From a virus: a stretch of DNA of 64,000 nt. The position numbers and the translations under genes are program-made. The notes under the pieces are model-generated. The model made no database searches. It saw only the letters and a list, made by a program, of their open reading frames with translations, and was not told the origin of the DNA. How positions within the stretch are numbered: position 1 is the stretch's first letter; every line of letters starts with the position of its first letter. Positions 46,609 through 57,063 of this stretch are shown piece by piece. The stretch is from the IMG/VR virus record IMGVR_UViG_3300045988_122188; one strand, written 5' to 3'.

Positions 46609-47073
46609 CTACAATGGTCTAATAATATCAGGATTCATGATCAGAATACTATCACAATCCCAACCGTAAAGCTCATAATATAACTCATAATCACCTTTGG
46701 ATAAATTAAGCTTAATTGCATCAACTCCATCTTCGACCATCTTCTCAAAATCTGGCACAACGCCCATTGTATCAAATAAATATTCTGGGAGATATCCCGA
46801 TAGATCTTGCGTTGGAACCTGCTTTAAATCGGCTTTCGCTGTCCATTCAACAATATTTGCCGAATCATCCAATGTAAATTTAAAGTTTTTGTCTAGTTTA
46901 TCAATTCTAAAATCATTATCAATACACCATTTCTCCCACGGCTGATCCGCCTTTATATCCGATGCCCATAAACCTCCAAATGGTTTGTTAATCATGTTTC
47001 TGTTCACAATTGACATAAACAACTCTTTCTCAAACTTATCACTTCCGTAGTGAATATAAATATTTTCTGACAT
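46609..47073 (-). CDS. Hypothetical protein
   Basis: ORF of 154 aa. Confidence 0.45.
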   Translation of the reverse strand: MSENIYIHYGSDKFEKELFMSIVNRNMINKPFGGLWASDIKADQPWEKWCIDNDFRIDKLDKNFKFTLDDSANIVEWTAKADLKQVPTQDLSGYLPEYLFDTMGVVPDFEKMVEDGVDAIKLNLSKGDYELYYELYGWDCDSILIMNPDIIRPL

Positions 47074-47094
47074 TTTTCCATCCTTTCGTCAAAC

Positions 47095-47814
47095 TTATCC
47101 TGTCATCTGCTTCTCAAACAACTGTCTTTCCAACGCACCAAAATCATAATCACGATCACATTCCAAGTGTGCAAGGTTCGTTACCTTTGGCTTTTGTTTA
47201 GCGTTCTTCTTAGCCTGATTTCGTTCCCAGTTTCGTACTGCTGCCTTCCAGTCTTGCATCTTGCTATTGCCCATCATCCAATCTTTGGCTGTGTAATAAT
47301 CCACAAACTCTTCTGGATCAATCCCATTGTTTCTTTGTTGACAATATCTGGAGACTTGCTCGCAATCAGGCGGTGTGAATCGCTTTATATTATTATTATA
47401 TTTATTATTATTCTTTACTTTCTTTTTATGTGTCGCTTCTGCGTCGTTTTGGTGTCGTTTCTGTGTAGCTTGTTCGTCTACAAAACCTTGATAAACACTG
47501 TAATTTACTATGGTTATGACCGTCTTTTTAGTGTCGCTTTTTACATGTATGATACTGTCGTTTTCCAGTGTCTTTAAAAATTTGATAACCTTTGAATTAC
47601 TCCACCCCCATCGATCACACAATCTTCTGATCGAAGTAACCATCGATCCTCGCTCGACTGTTTCTAAGTTTCCATCAACATACTTAGGTTGATTATTATA
47701 ACCTGCGAGAATAAGTAAGTCAATCATTGCTTGTCCTCTGGCAAATGGTTTGTCTTCCCATAGCCAATGATCTGTAATTTTCCGATGGAGTTTGATCCAT
47801 CCTGTGTTACTCAT
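47095..47814 (-). CDS. Phage replisome-organizer / DnaD-like replication initiation protein (N-terminal wHTH)
   Basis: GWIKLHRKITDHWLWEDKPFARGQAMIDLLILA...WGWSNSKVIKFLKTL, a pattern typical of Gram-positive phage replication organizer N-domains. Assigned from memory. Confidence 0.45.
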   Translation of the reverse strand: MSNTGWIKLHRKITDHWLWEDKPFARGQAMIDLLILAGYNNQPKYVDGNLETVERGSMVTSIRRLCDRWGWSNSKVIKFLKTLENDSIIHVKSDTKKTVITIVNYSVYQGFVDEQATQKRHQNDAEATHKKKVKNNNKYNNNIKRFTPPDCEQVSRYCQQRNNGIDPEEFVDYYTAKDWMMGNSKMQDWKAAVRNWERNQAKKNAKQKPKVTNLAHLECDRDYDFGALERQLFEKQMTG

Positions 47815-47854
47815 GGCATCGCTCCCCTCTATATGTGGAGATAAAATTCTCCTT

Positions 47855-48100
47855 TCACTGTTTTAAATGCTTACCTGTTAATTCATCAATTGCATAATGT
47901 GTCATAAATTCATCATAACTCATTATACGTTTACCACAGTCACAGCATGTCATACATTTATTATATGTACAGCATTCAATAATTTCTTCATCTTGAAAAT
48001 GTCCATCAAAACTATATATATCGGTTCCAGTAGCTTTAAACCTAACAGCCATTCCACGATCACTTCCGCAGTGCGGACATTTTGTTATTAGAGTCTTCAT
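47855..48100 (-). CDS. Cys-rich zinc-ribbon protein
   Basis: CPHCGSD...CCTYNKCMTCCDCGKR. Confidence 0.4.
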   Translation of the reverse strand: MKTLITKCPHCGSDRGMAVRFKATGTDIYSFDGHFQDEEIIECCTYNKCMTCCDCGKRIMSYDEFMTHYAIDELTGKHLKQ

Positions 48101-48285
48101 TTTGCACCTCTTTCAATTTCATTCTGTTTTATCCAACGATCAGAAATTTCAGATAGTAATGTAACATACATTCTTTGTTCGTGTACAGTTAATTTACCAT
48201 TTTTCATTTTATTTTCAAATTGTTTGTATTCCACAATCAAGTCACTATCTGCCCTTCTTTTATAAATACTTTCCATTCTTATCAT
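48097..48285 (-). CDS. Hypothetical small protein
   Basis: ORF of 62 aa. Confidence 0.3.
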   Translation of the reverse strand: MIRMESIYKRRADSDLIVEYKQFENKMKNGKLTVHEQRMYVTLLSEISDRWIKQNEIERGAK

Positions 48286-48438
48286 CTCCTATAATATACA
48301 TTATTTTTCAGACATAGATTCTACCCAGCGATTAGAAATTTCCACTAGCAACCTAGTCAAATGTGCAGGGAACGCTCTTTTATACATTTATGTTGATCCC
48401 AATCCACCATTCGTACCACCACCTATCAAATTTTCGTT

Positions 48439-49167
48439 TTATTCTTCATTAATCTCCATATGATTTACATCAACAGGGTTCTCTAATTTGAGAATATCTT
48501 CTTTCTGTTCTACTAAAGCCTGTTGAGCAATCGCATTAATTTTATTCTGTGCAAAAGCTTCTATTTCGCCTTTAGCTTCTGTAATTGTTTTATCCATTTG
48601 TTCTTGAAACTGATCGAAAATAAATTTTGATTCAGATTCCATTGATTTAGTGATCCTTCCTAATTTTTTAAGAATCATTTCTTTGTCACCCTTACTAATA
48701 GATTTCTTTGTGCTAAAAAGCTCCTTTACTTCATCATAAAATTCCTGTGCGTCGTTCATATGATCATTCATAGAATCTTTAAATTCATTAGTAATCTGCT
48801 GTCTTTTATTAATAAAATCCGCTTCATCAATGTGTCCTTTGCCTTGTATATATTTAATAGTACAAGGTACACCAGCATCTACATTCATTGAGGTAATAAC
48901 TTCTGCAAATTGAGACTGAGACATTGCAACTTCAATAATTTCATGTCCACCAACATACCAGTCTTCATTTAATCCTCTAGTAACTTTTCCTTCTCTTAAT
49001 ACCATGTGGATGGTATCATTATGTTGAATACTACTACCAAACAAATTACTATGCCCACCATGAGTACGCCTAAATGACAACATGCCAAATGATGGGTGTT
49101 TATATGATGTTCCAAGTGCATTTTCTGAGATTTCATAATCTCCTTCTTTTTTGATATTTTCTTCCAT
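48439..49167 (-). CDS. Hypothetical protein
   Basis: ORF of 242 aa. Confidence 0.45.
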   Translation of the reverse strand: MEENIKKEGDYEISENALGTSYKHPSFGMLSFRRTHGGHSNLFGSSIQHNDTIHMVLREGKVTRGLNEDWYVGGHEIIEVAMSQSQFAEVITSMNVDAGVPCTIKYIQGKGHIDEADFINKRQQITNEFKDSMNDHMNDAQEFYDEVKELFSTKKSISKGDKEMILKKLGRITKSMESESKFIFDQFQEQMDKTITEAKGEIEAFAQNKINAIAQQALVEQKEDILKLENPVDVNHMEINEE

Positions 49168-49258
49168 TTATTTCCGTTTCCTTCCTATATTTTTATTTGT
49201 ATTTTTAAAGCATACCAAAAATGATATGCTTTAATCTGTTCTATTTTATTAAGTTACT

Positions 49259-50044
49259 CTAAAATTCATCCCATTCTTCATCAATTACTAACCCAAATGC
49301 AGGATGATATTTTGCTTCGCAAACTACATGATTCTTATACATTCTATATCCTTTTTCGAGAACATATTTTACAGGAAATGGACATTCAAACATATCCAAA
49401 TCTCCATCTTTAATTGCTTCGTCTAACTTACATTCTGGAATTGCAAGAATAGAATGTCCACAATCCGCAAAGTAATAATTGAACTCTTTTAATTCCTCTG
49501 GAAGCCCTTCGTAATTATCTTTCTTTACTCCATGAAGATCTGCTACACTTCTACGAATTGTATTTGTTTCTACTTCTTCCTCTGCTGTCTGATCATCTTT
49601 GTCATCAAAAACCGACCATGCTAAGGTTCTGCAAAAATCTCCTGACCAGTTTGAAATTATGGTACAAAATGGCGTTGGAATATCCACAATAAATGGCAAT
49701 TCAGGATGATATTCACCCAAGGATTTTCCAAACAAATCTTTGTAAGCGCACTCTATTGATTTCATTGCAAGGGATAATCCGCTTCTATCTTTGCATCCTA
49801 CTGTTGTCAGCAATACAATATTTTCGCCTTCAGCCTCTAATATAACTTCCGCACAATAGAAAGCTCCATCCGCAGTAATATGCAATTTAGTTCCATCCAT
49901 AAACGGTACTGTGTAATTAGATGATACATTCCTATCAAATTCAATAAGCTCTCTCATTCTAGTTCTTATTTCACTACTGATTTCCTCTGAATAAGATTTT
50001 CTCATATGCCCTGTCAACAGAGTATAATGATTAATATATTCCAT
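49259..50044 (-). CDS. Hypothetical protein
   Basis: ORF of 261 aa. Confidence 0.45.
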   Translation of the reverse strand: MEYINHYTLLTGHMRKSYSEEISSEIRTRMRELIEFDRNVSSNYTVPFMDGTKLHITADGAFYCAEVILEAEGENIVLLTTVGCKDRSGLSLAMKSIECAYKDLFGKSLGEYHPELPFIVDIPTPFCTIISNWSGDFCRTLAWSVFDDKDDQTAEEEVETNTIRRSVADLHGVKKDNYEGLPEELKEFNYYFADCGHSILAIPECKLDEAIKDGDLDMFECPFPVKYVLEKGYRMYKNHVVCEAKYHPAFGLVIDEEWDEF

Positions 50045-51033
50045 TACTTGTCCACCTTAACCCTTCTCATTTCTCTGACTTCTTTTTTATACTGTGCGAT
50101 AGCATCAAGTGCATTTTCAGTATAACAAAAATCATACTTTTTCGCAAAGTTATTTACAGACCTGTAATTGGCTATAGGTACTTCCACGCACCCTTTATCC
50201 CGACTATACCGATTATTCATAATTTTCCTTGCAGCATTGTAAATTTCATTACTCCTTGCGCTCCAACGCAACGTTAGAACTTTATCTTCTGAATCGTAAT
50301 TAATCCAACGAGTGTTTTCTTTTTTATAGTTTCCACTGATTGCCATTTCTGTAATTTCGCTATCGTGAATACAAATTGCAAATCCATTCTGTAATAAGCC
50401 ATGCCCAATTTCTGCTACTCTATCAGCATAATTTCCGCTTTTCTCGGTCAAACAACGACACCAACAACAATCATCTTCATTCCATCTATAATCTTTTGAT
50501 TTAACCAAATTGATGAAGTCATGATCTTTCGGGTAAAACAGGCATATTTTATCAAGTTTTTTTACAATTTCCACAACACCTTCATGTTCTAATCTTTCTG
50601 GTGCCACAGCATCAATACTAATGATTCTTTCTCGACGTTCTTTCTCCCTCTTAGTTCGTTTATATTTTCGCAGAAAATCTTGTTTACTAATAAATCGGTC
50701 TAAGTCTAACCAAAAAGAAGCTGTCGTTTCATTCTCAATAATAGATTGTGCCGTTCTGTCGTTTTCAAACTCATTGTAAAAACCCAATCGAATGGTATTA
50801 CCCCATGCTACTTGTTTTTCCGTTCCTGTTAGGTTTGGAAATCCGTATTCTTCTGATAGTTCTTTAGACTTTTTGTTTTCTTCTGCAATTTTTCTTTCTT
50901 TTTCTTCTTTTGCACATTTCGGACATAAATGAGAAAAAGCATAGTCAGCTTTTCTCTGTCTTTCACTCATTTTTCCGATCACATTTACTACGCCATCATG
51001 CCCACAAGCGTAAGTACCTTCATATTTAGCCAT
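50044..51033 (-). CDS. Hypothetical protein with an N-terminal Cys cluster
   Basis: ACGHDG...CPKCAKE. 329 aa. Confidence 0.45.
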   Translation of the reverse strand: MAKYEGTYACGHDGVVNVIGKMSERQRKADYAFSHLCPKCAKEEKERKIAEENKKSKELSEEYGFPNLTGTEKQVAWGNTIRLGFYNEFENDRTAQSIIENETTASFWLDLDRFISKQDFLRKYKRTKREKERRERIISIDAVAPERLEHEGVVEIVKKLDKICLFYPKDHDFINLVKSKDYRWNEDDCCWCRCLTEKSGNYADRVAEIGHGLLQNGFAICIHDSEITEMAISGNYKKENTRWINYDSEDKVLTLRWSARSNEIYNAARKIMNNRYSRDKGCVEVPIANYRSVNNFAKKYDFCYTENALDAIAQYKKEVREMRRVKVDK

Positions 51034-51062
51034 ACTTACCCCCTTTCCTTTCTATCAAAGTT

Positions 51063-51566
51063 TCATTTTATCTTATGATCGTCACATTCCCATACCGCTT
51101 CATAGCAGACATCTAACACATCTCTTACGATTTGTTTCCTTTGACTTAACTTTGCTTCTGTTTTTTCAATATCCTCTTTATCACGCAATAAATACATATA
51201 TTTTTGATACGGCATATTTGTATCTGCTAGTTTTTCTTCTATGGCGATCCTTTCATCAATTACTTTTCTTAGTTTATTACCTAATTCCTTATTCTTATCT
51301 TTAAGCGCTTTGATAATTGCATATCCATACATTCTTTGATATTTAGACTCAAATTTTCCATCTTTGAATTCATAACGATCCTCAACCTTGCAGGCATCTA
51401 AAATCTTATCTCCGTTTTCTCTGCACTCATTTAACAATTCTAATAAACTCTGTTCGTTATCAAATGAAGCATAACAAATTTCACCTTCCTTTGTTTCATA
51501 TATGCAGATATAAGGTTCTGCTGGTTCATAAGCACATGATGCACCATCTCTTCTTGTCATCCCCAT
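51063..51566 (-). CDS. Hypothetical protein
   Basis: ORF of 167 aa. Confidence 0.45.
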   Translation of the reverse strand: MGMTRRDGASCAYEPAEPYICIYETKEGEICYASFDNEQSLLELLNECRENGDKILDACKVEDRYEFKDGKFESKYQRMYGYAIIKALKDKNKELGNKLRKVIDERIAIEEKLADTNMPYQKYMYLLRDKEDIEKTEAKLSQRKQIVRDVLDVCYEAVWECDDHKIK

Positions 51567-51591
51567 TTTATACCATTCCTTTCTAACATAA

Positions 51592-51972
51592 TTATTCTTT
51601 ACAAGCTACAATGCAAGTTGGATAATTGTAATTATACATTTTTTTAAACAAAGATTCCAGCCTTCTGTACACTCCATCTTTTATCATATCTTTTTCCGTT
51701 TCTACATTAGAATAAATAACAATATAATCAATGAGTTCATATTTAAGCTGCTTCATTTTCTGAATATATTGTGTAATGTCCTTTTCCATCAGATCGAAAC
51801 TGTCTACTTCTGTAAAAAAATAATTTTCTGGAATCCAGTTCATATTCGCAAAAAGATCTTTTTCTTTATATAATACAATCAAACAATTTTCTGGTGGGCA
51901 TTGCTTTAATAATCGTGTTAACAATTTGGACTTTCCAATACCCTTTAATGTTAATATTTCCATTTCTATCAT
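51592..51972 (-). CDS. Hypothetical protein
   Basis: ORF of 126 aa. Confidence 0.4.
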   Translation of the reverse strand: MIEMEILTLKGIGKSKLLTRLLKQCPPENCLIVLYKEKDLFANMNWIPENYFFTEVDSFDLMEKDITQYIQKMKQLKYELIDYIVIYSNVETEKDMIKDGVYRRLESLFKKMYNYNYPTCIVACKE

Positions 51973-52004
51973 TCCTTCTTATCAAATATTTGTTTCATTA
52001 CTAT

Positions 52005-52217
52005 TTACTGACATGTGTTTATTAATGCCGTTACTGTGGATTGACACAGATTTTTAAAGCATTTTGAACACAAAAAGACTGGATACGTCTCTACATAGTT
52101 TCCATCTTTATATTGAAACACAATCTTTTTCATATTCTTATCTTTATCCGAAAATTTTCTACACTCAATACAAGCTCCAAATTCATCTGGCAAATCTGCC
52201 ACATTATATATTTTCAT
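52005..52217 (-). CDS. Small Cys-rich protein
   Basis: CIECRKF...CSKCFKNLC. Confidence 0.4.
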   Translation of the reverse strand: MKIYNVADLPDEFGACIECRKFSDKDKNMKKIVFQYKDGNYVETYPVFLCSKCFKNLCQSTVTALINTCQ

Positions 52218-52234
52218 AATTATATCACACCTTC

Positions 52235-53329
52235 CTACTCTTCTGAAATAATTTCCACCGCTGCTTCGTAAAATCTGTTGTACAAAGTTGTATTTGTTTT
52301 AATAAGCTGAGATTTAGACAATCCATGAGCATATTCATCCCAGTTGACACCATTCTCTGTCATCTTAGTGTAGATTTTCCGATACACAGACGTTCCACCT
52401 TTAGACCTATTTCCAATATGATTAGCATAATTGGTAATCTTGATCTTCATTTCTTCCCAATCAGGCTGTGCATTTTCTTTGCGGAACTGTCGCAGAAGTT
52501 TTTCCAATGAATTGACTAACAGATCAGGATACTTGTCATAGCAAAGATCAATCGTTGGTACATTGCCTCTTTCGCTAATATTATACTTCTCTTTGTATTC
52601 TTTCCGATCCTGTTCCCACACAATTCCATATGTGTTAGTGAGATACCTGTATACTTCTTTAAGAATATCTCTCGTAGTAGTTCCTAATTCATCAGATTCT
52701 TTTAGAATATCATTAATGATAGAATATACGTTGGATTTCCATTCGTTAAGTTTGTATTCTGCAATAACACTTTCAGTATCTACTACTGGAATATCTTTCG
52801 TAGGTTTACCGATCTGCTTATATAGTTCTTTTCGTTCGGTTTTCATCTCTTTTACAATGTCCGCCAACTGATTAAAACCTTTGATAGTAACATTGTATAG
52901 GCGTTCATTGTTTCTTTCCATCTGCCTCATAAGTTCTGTCTGTTCTGTAAGAAATTGCTCCACTGTTGTTACGGGAGTTCCTGTTCTTAAATTTCCATGA
53001 CGATAAGCTCCAATCACATCCCATACCCAATCCATAAAGGCATCAGCCTTGGGTTGTCTACGTCTTCTACAAATTTCATAAATGCCACGTTCATTATAGA
53101 TATAACTAGAATAAGATTTTCCATCAGTTGTTTCCAATTTGGTAACAACTGAATCTCTATCTAGTCTTTCTTTATTAGCATCGTGAATTTTTGCAATGGC
53201 GACTCTAGGATCTTTATATTCTAATGCAAACCCAATCTGTTGTCTGCTCATCCACAACTGATCCTCAGCACTATAAAAATCACACGCTATATCGTTAAAA
53301 TTTTCCGTTTTTACTAACTGTAGGTTCAT
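52235..53329 (-). CDS. Bro-N / antirepressor-like protein
   Basis: N-terminal ENFNDIACDFYSAEDQLWMSRQQIGFALEY and an ERGIYEICRRRRQPKADAFMDWV (KilAC/Ant-like) segment. Confidence 0.45.
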   Translation of the reverse strand: MNLQLVKTENFNDIACDFYSAEDQLWMSRQQIGFALEYKDPRVAIAKIHDANKERLDRDSVVTKLETTDGKSYSSYIYNERGIYEICRRRRQPKADAFMDWVWDVIGAYRHGNLRTGTPVTTVEQFLTEQTELMRQMERNNERLYNVTIKGFNQLADIVKEMKTERKELYKQIGKPTKDIPVVDTESVIAEYKLNEWKSNVYSIINDILKESDELGTTTRDILKEVYRYLTNTYGIVWEQDRKEYKEKYNISERGNVPTIDLCYDKYPDLLVNSLEKLLRQFRKENAQPDWEEMKIKITNYANHIGNRSKGGTSVYRKIYTKMTENGVNWDEYAHGLSKSQLIKTNTTLYNRFYEAAVEIISEE

Positions 53330-53401
53330 TCTTCATCTTCCTTTCTAAACTGTCTTATTTTTCTCTACACTCATTATTTTTGTATAACTGTATTCCGTAA
53401 A

Positions 53402-53479
53402 CTAATAGAAATAAAATCAACATTTAATTCCAACTATTAGTGTGCCAATCCTAATAGAAACCTATTCTATTCCTATTAG
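53402..53479. repeat. Operator or iteron-like array: CTAATAG(AAA) half-sites in both orientations at 53402, 53434, 53451 and 53473
   Basis: Read directly. Two inverted pairs with spacings of about 25 and 15 nt, upstream of the Bro-N-like gene. Confidence 0.5.
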
Positions 53480-53547
53480 TTCTCTATATAATCAACACCT
53501 TACCTATTAACAATTCTATGCTTAGTTAATCATTAATTTGTGTATAA

Positions 53548-53631
53548 TAAATTTGACAAAGAACCGACCTGCCAAATCGGTTCCTGCCAAATATTTCCGT
53601 AAAATAAAAAGAACCTTCCGTTCGGTTCTTT
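53548..53631 (-). terminator. Tandem intrinsic terminators downstream of 53652..53888
   Basis: AAAGAACC/GGTTCTTT at 53608-53631 followed by a minus-strand U-tract. GAACCGA/TCGGTTC at 53561-53583 followed by a T-rich tract. Confidence 0.55.
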
Positions 53632-53651
53632 GCCAAAATTATTATATGGAA

Positions 53652-53888
53652 TTATTTAATAAATGCCGTTCCTATTTTTATAATAAACCAAGTCCATAAA
53701 ATAATAGTAGTTGGTTTATCAATAACTCCTATTGTATCATCTAGTAAGTCAGTATATTTCTTTAAGTTTGTATTGTAATATTCATCAATTAATTTCAGAG
53801 CTGCATTAACAATAAAAACAATAGTCTCTAATGTAATCATTACTCCTACAAATACATCTGAATACCGAATAATCTGTTCTAATTCCAT
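53652..53888 (-). CDS. Small membrane protein
   Basis: Two TM helices (VFVGVMITLETIVFIV, IILWTWFIIKIGTAFI). Confidence 0.4.
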   Translation of the reverse strand: MELEQIIRYSDVFVGVMITLETIVFIVNAALKLIDEYYNTNLKKYTDLLDDTIGVIDKPTTIILWTWFIIKIGTAFIK

Positions 53889-55231
53889 ACTTCATCATCC
53901 TCATCTTCATTATCATATAAATTTTCCACAGGTGCCGTCTGTTGGAACATATCTGTTGGAGATAGGTTTCTAGCCTCGCACATTGCACAAAAGACTTTCA
54001 ATACCTTATCCCATTCATGTTCTTGAATCCACTGAAGAAATGGTTTCTTTCCACGTTTCTTAACATCAATCTGATATTTATACTGTAAGTTCTTATAAAG
54101 CTCATTCCACATAACAGAGAATTGCGTTCCTGTTACCGCAGCCAACTTCCTAATCCCAGCGTTCATCTTATTGCGATCATCCCATGTTAAAATTTCCGCT
54201 GCTAATAACTTGTTATCATTCTGCAACTTCTGATTCTCTTCTTTAAGTTCTTTATTTTGTGTTCGCAGATCGGTTACCATAGCAAGCTTGACATCCTCAG
54301 AAAATGACGGGAAGTAGTGTTCAATGAACTGTGACTCTTTCCCAAAGTCAACTGCACCGCCTGTCTTACGGATGTTTTTAAGATATTCTTTAATCTGTTT
54401 CTTCATCTGCTTTGCAATCGGCTTACGTGATTGCATACACACTTCATAGAGTCCATCTTCTGTGAGAAACCAAAATGGAACTTTAGTTTTTCCATCAGTG
54501 TCTAATTGACCTAAATTCTGAGTGCCAAGATTGTTGGCAGTCAAAATTTTAGTCTTAAATTTTTCATCTGAATCAACAGATTGTAACATCATGTCTGTCT
54601 TATATTTTCCATTATCTCTCTTACTGTAATCAATCCATTCTGCAACATCTCTCGCAAGGAATAACGGATCTTCAATACTTCTATACAGATCAATTCGTCT
54701 GCCTAAAATTTCCGTTGTGTCAACAAGCTGCACACCTGCCTCTACCTGTTCTTGTTCTCTCTGTTCTTCTATCGTGATATAATCGTTGATAAAAACATAA
54801 TATCTTACGCTCTCAGCAAGGTTTGAAGTTTCCATCAGTAAAGATAATCTGATTAAGCATTTAAGAGTGAACACCTTAGCACCCTTATAACCGAATGAGA
54901 TATTTAATCCGTTCGGATACGTTACCATGATTCTTCCCTTCTGTTTTTCCGTTGTTGCATCCTGACCATCAATAATCTCCTGCACTGTCTTAACTTCCAT
55001 CCCATCTTCCAAAAATTCTTTACGATACTTCGTACACAATCGTTTGACTTCCTCAACATCTCCATCAAAAAATCGTGCTACCTGTTCCGTAGTGATATAA
55101 TCTCGTCCAGGGAGCCACGGAATCGGCTTGATCGTAACTTGTTTTAAAAGTTCTGTGTTCTGCACCAGTTCATCTCTCTTTGCCTTATCCAAAATTGGAT
55201 CGCAAGGGATTTCCATTTCGTTTAGATTCAT
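53879..55231 (-). CDS. Antirepressor-like protein (Bro-N-like plus KilAC-like segments)
   Basis: PLFLARDVAEWIDYS and FWFLTEDGLYEVCMQSRKPIAKQM motifs. Start moved to MNLNEM, which has a GGTGG RBS. Confidence 0.45.
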   Translation of the reverse strand: MNLNEMEIPCDPILDKAKRDELVQNTELLKQVTIKPIPWLPGRDYITTEQVARFFDGDVEEVKRLCTKYRKEFLEDGMEVKTVQEIIDGQDATTEKQKGRIMVTYPNGLNISFGYKGAKVFTLKCLIRLSLLMETSNLAESVRYYVFINDYITIEEQREQEQVEAGVQLVDTTEILGRRIDLYRSIEDPLFLARDVAEWIDYSKRDNGKYKTDMMLQSVDSDEKFKTKILTANNLGTQNLGQLDTDGKTKVPFWFLTEDGLYEVCMQSRKPIAKQMKKQIKEYLKNIRKTGGAVDFGKESQFIEHYFPSFSEDVKLAMVTDLRTQNKELKEENQKLQNDNKLLAAEILTWDDRNKMNAGIRKLAAVTGTQFSVMWNELYKNLQYKYQIDVKKRGKKPFLQWIQEHEWDKVLKVFCAMCEARNLSPTDMFQQTAPVENLYDNEDEDDEVWN

Positions 55232-55327
55232 AATTAATTCCACCTTTCTTATGTAAAAATTTGTATAAAAAAAGACACTCTGGAATTTTCCATAAGTATC
55301 CTAGTTACCTATATTAATTTGTATTCA

Positions 55328-55849
55328 CTATAATTCTAGTTCATCAATTTCTGGCGTATCGGAATGATCCATTTCCCTTAGTTCTTCAATGCTAGTTCCT
55401 AATGACATAATAGCCAATTTGAATTGTTCGGGATCAACATATCCCGCAGGTCTATGCCAAAAATTTTTAGCGAAGTCTGGATTATCTTCTTTTTCCCATT
55501 CATAAGCTCTGTGAAATGCTTCATCATATAGTAGTCTAGCTCGTGTTGGCAGCTTCATCGGATCATATCCTCTACTTTGCTGTCTATAATCTTCTATTAT
55601 GTTATCCCAGCTAAGATCATCAGGAATCTTTTCTATTATGTATACTTCTTGTAAAGCTTCTTCAGGTACATCAGGATAATAAACTAAAGCATATCTTTCG
55701 TTTCCATCCTTAATGTATTTGTATACTTCATGTTCTAGGTCTGGAAGTGCCGTATATTCTAATCCGCTTTCTTTTAGTTCCTTTACCCAATTTCTTATAG
55801 AAGATGCTTGTCTCCACACATCTTTTCCATAATGCTTGAATTTATTCAT
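55328..55849 (-). CDS. Hypothetical protein
   Basis: ORF of about 173 aa. Start chosen at an ATG with proper spacing from the GGAAGGAG RBS. Confidence 0.4.
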   Translation of the reverse strand: MNKFKHYGKDVWRQASSIRNWVKELKESGLEYTALPDLEHEVYKYIKDGNERYALVYYPDVPEEALQEVYIIEKIPDDLSWDNIIEDYRQQSRGYDPMKLPTRARLLYDEAFHRAYEWEKEDNPDFAKNFWHRPAGYVDPEQFKLAIMSLGTSIEELREMDHSDTPEIDELEL

Positions 55850-55907
55850 ATTCATAACTCCTTCCATATATAATCTGCTTTATCAAATAATATTTTCCAT
55901 TCTATCT

Positions 55908-56072
55908 TCCGTTCCAAAGATCGGAAAAAAACTTATAAATCCCATACAGAATAGCAACAAATGCTATAACCATTAAAATTCCATAGCCACCACCTAAGAT
56001 AGCTCCTAACATATATTCCAAACTATCCTCTGGAACGATAAATATAATTATTAATAATAAAACCAACGGCAT
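55908..56072 (-). CDS. Small hydrophobic membrane protein (54 aa; absent from the ORF track)
   Basis: MPLVLLLIIIFIVPEDSLEYMLGAILGGGYGILMVIAFVAILYGIYKFF. Strong AAGGAG RBS. Confidence 0.4.
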
Positions 56073-56180
56073 AATTTATTCTCCTTTGCTTTGTTCTTGA
56101 AGTTTCTCTGATCATCTGGTATCTCAACCAATATGTATATATTATCATTTTCTTCAACCATCGTAAACAGTCCGTAGAAA

Positions 56181-56375
56181 TTACACTTCACTTTCCTCTA
56201 CCTCACTTGCGAATAACTTGTACTCATAGTCGTAACCACCGCCATCACAAGGTATATCAATATCTCCTGTATTAATCTTTTCCGCTACAATATTTCTTGC
56301 TTCGTCCTCTGTTTCTGCTTTGATTTCAACTGATCTCTTATATGTTTCTACAACATCTATTATATATTTTTTCAT
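56181..56375 (-). CDS. Hypothetical small protein
   Basis: Start reassigned to MKKYIID, downstream of the AGGAAGGATGGAAAT RBS. Confidence 0.35.
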   Translation of the reverse strand: MKKYIIDVVETYKRSVEIKAETEDEARNIVAEKINTGDIDIPCDGGGYDYEYKLFASEVEESEV

Positions 56376-56392
56376 GTAAATTTCCATCCTTC

Positions 56393-56734
56393 CTATTGTT
56401 TTTCTAGTGCTTCAATAAAAGTCTTATACATAAGAATATCTTGCTTAAGACAGTTCTCAAAGACCACTTTGCCTTTTTGATTAAGAAATAAATCAGAAGA
56501 AAGATTTTGTAATCGTATTTCATAATTTTTCTTTCGTCTATTTAATTTTTCCAACAATTCTTCTCGTGTTCCACATTGTCGGATGTCGGGACCTAAGCTA
56601 CTATTTAATTCCATATCATTTCCATACCAATAGAAATTTCTTTTTGAGTCTGGGCTGCATACCAATTTACATACTACACCAAGACCATCTGGTTTGGTCG
56701 TTGTTCCATAATTTGATTCTACTAAAACTCTCAT
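56393..56734 (-). CDS. Hypothetical protein
   Basis: Start reassigned to MRVLVES after the RBS. Confidence 0.4.
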   Translation of the reverse strand: MRVLVESNYGTTTKPDGLGVVCKLVCSPDSKRNFYWYGNDMELNSSLGPDIRQCGTREELLEKLNRRKKNYEIRLQNLSSDLFLNQKGKVVFENCLKQDILMYKTFIEALEKQ

Positions 56735-56769
56735 GATTATTTCCATCCTTCCTACGATAAAATTGACAT

Positions 56770-57051
56770 TTAATTTTCATCATCTATAACTTCCATACAA
56801 ACTTCTCGTGCTTTATCCCAAACATTGAGCATAATAGTTGCATCATGTACTGCTGTTGTTAATTCTTTTACCTCTTCTTTCAGTCTTTTATACTGTTTGA
56901 GTGAGATTTCTTGCGTATAGCTTTCTGCCTGAACCAACTTCATATGAACAATTGCTAATGTTTTCGTCAGGCTAGATAAAGTTTGAGAAGCATCTTCATA
57001 CTCTTGACATATTGCCACCATCATTTCTGTATCATATTTTTTATCATTCAT
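56770..57051 (-). CDS. Hypothetical protein
   Basis: Start reassigned to MNDKKYD. Confidence 0.4.
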   Translation of the reverse strand: MNDKKYDTEMMVAICQEYEDASQTLSSLTKTLAIVHMKLVQAESYTQEISLKQYKRLKEEVKELTTAVHDATIMLNVWDKAREVCMEVIDDEN

Positions 57052-57063
57052 AATTTCCATCTC

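Noticed and set aside
49168-49258. Hairpin AAAGCAT...ATGCTTT as a terminator after gene 49259..50044
   Set aside because: The stem is present, but on the minus strand it is followed by an A-rich tract, not a U-tract. Not a convincing intrinsic terminator.
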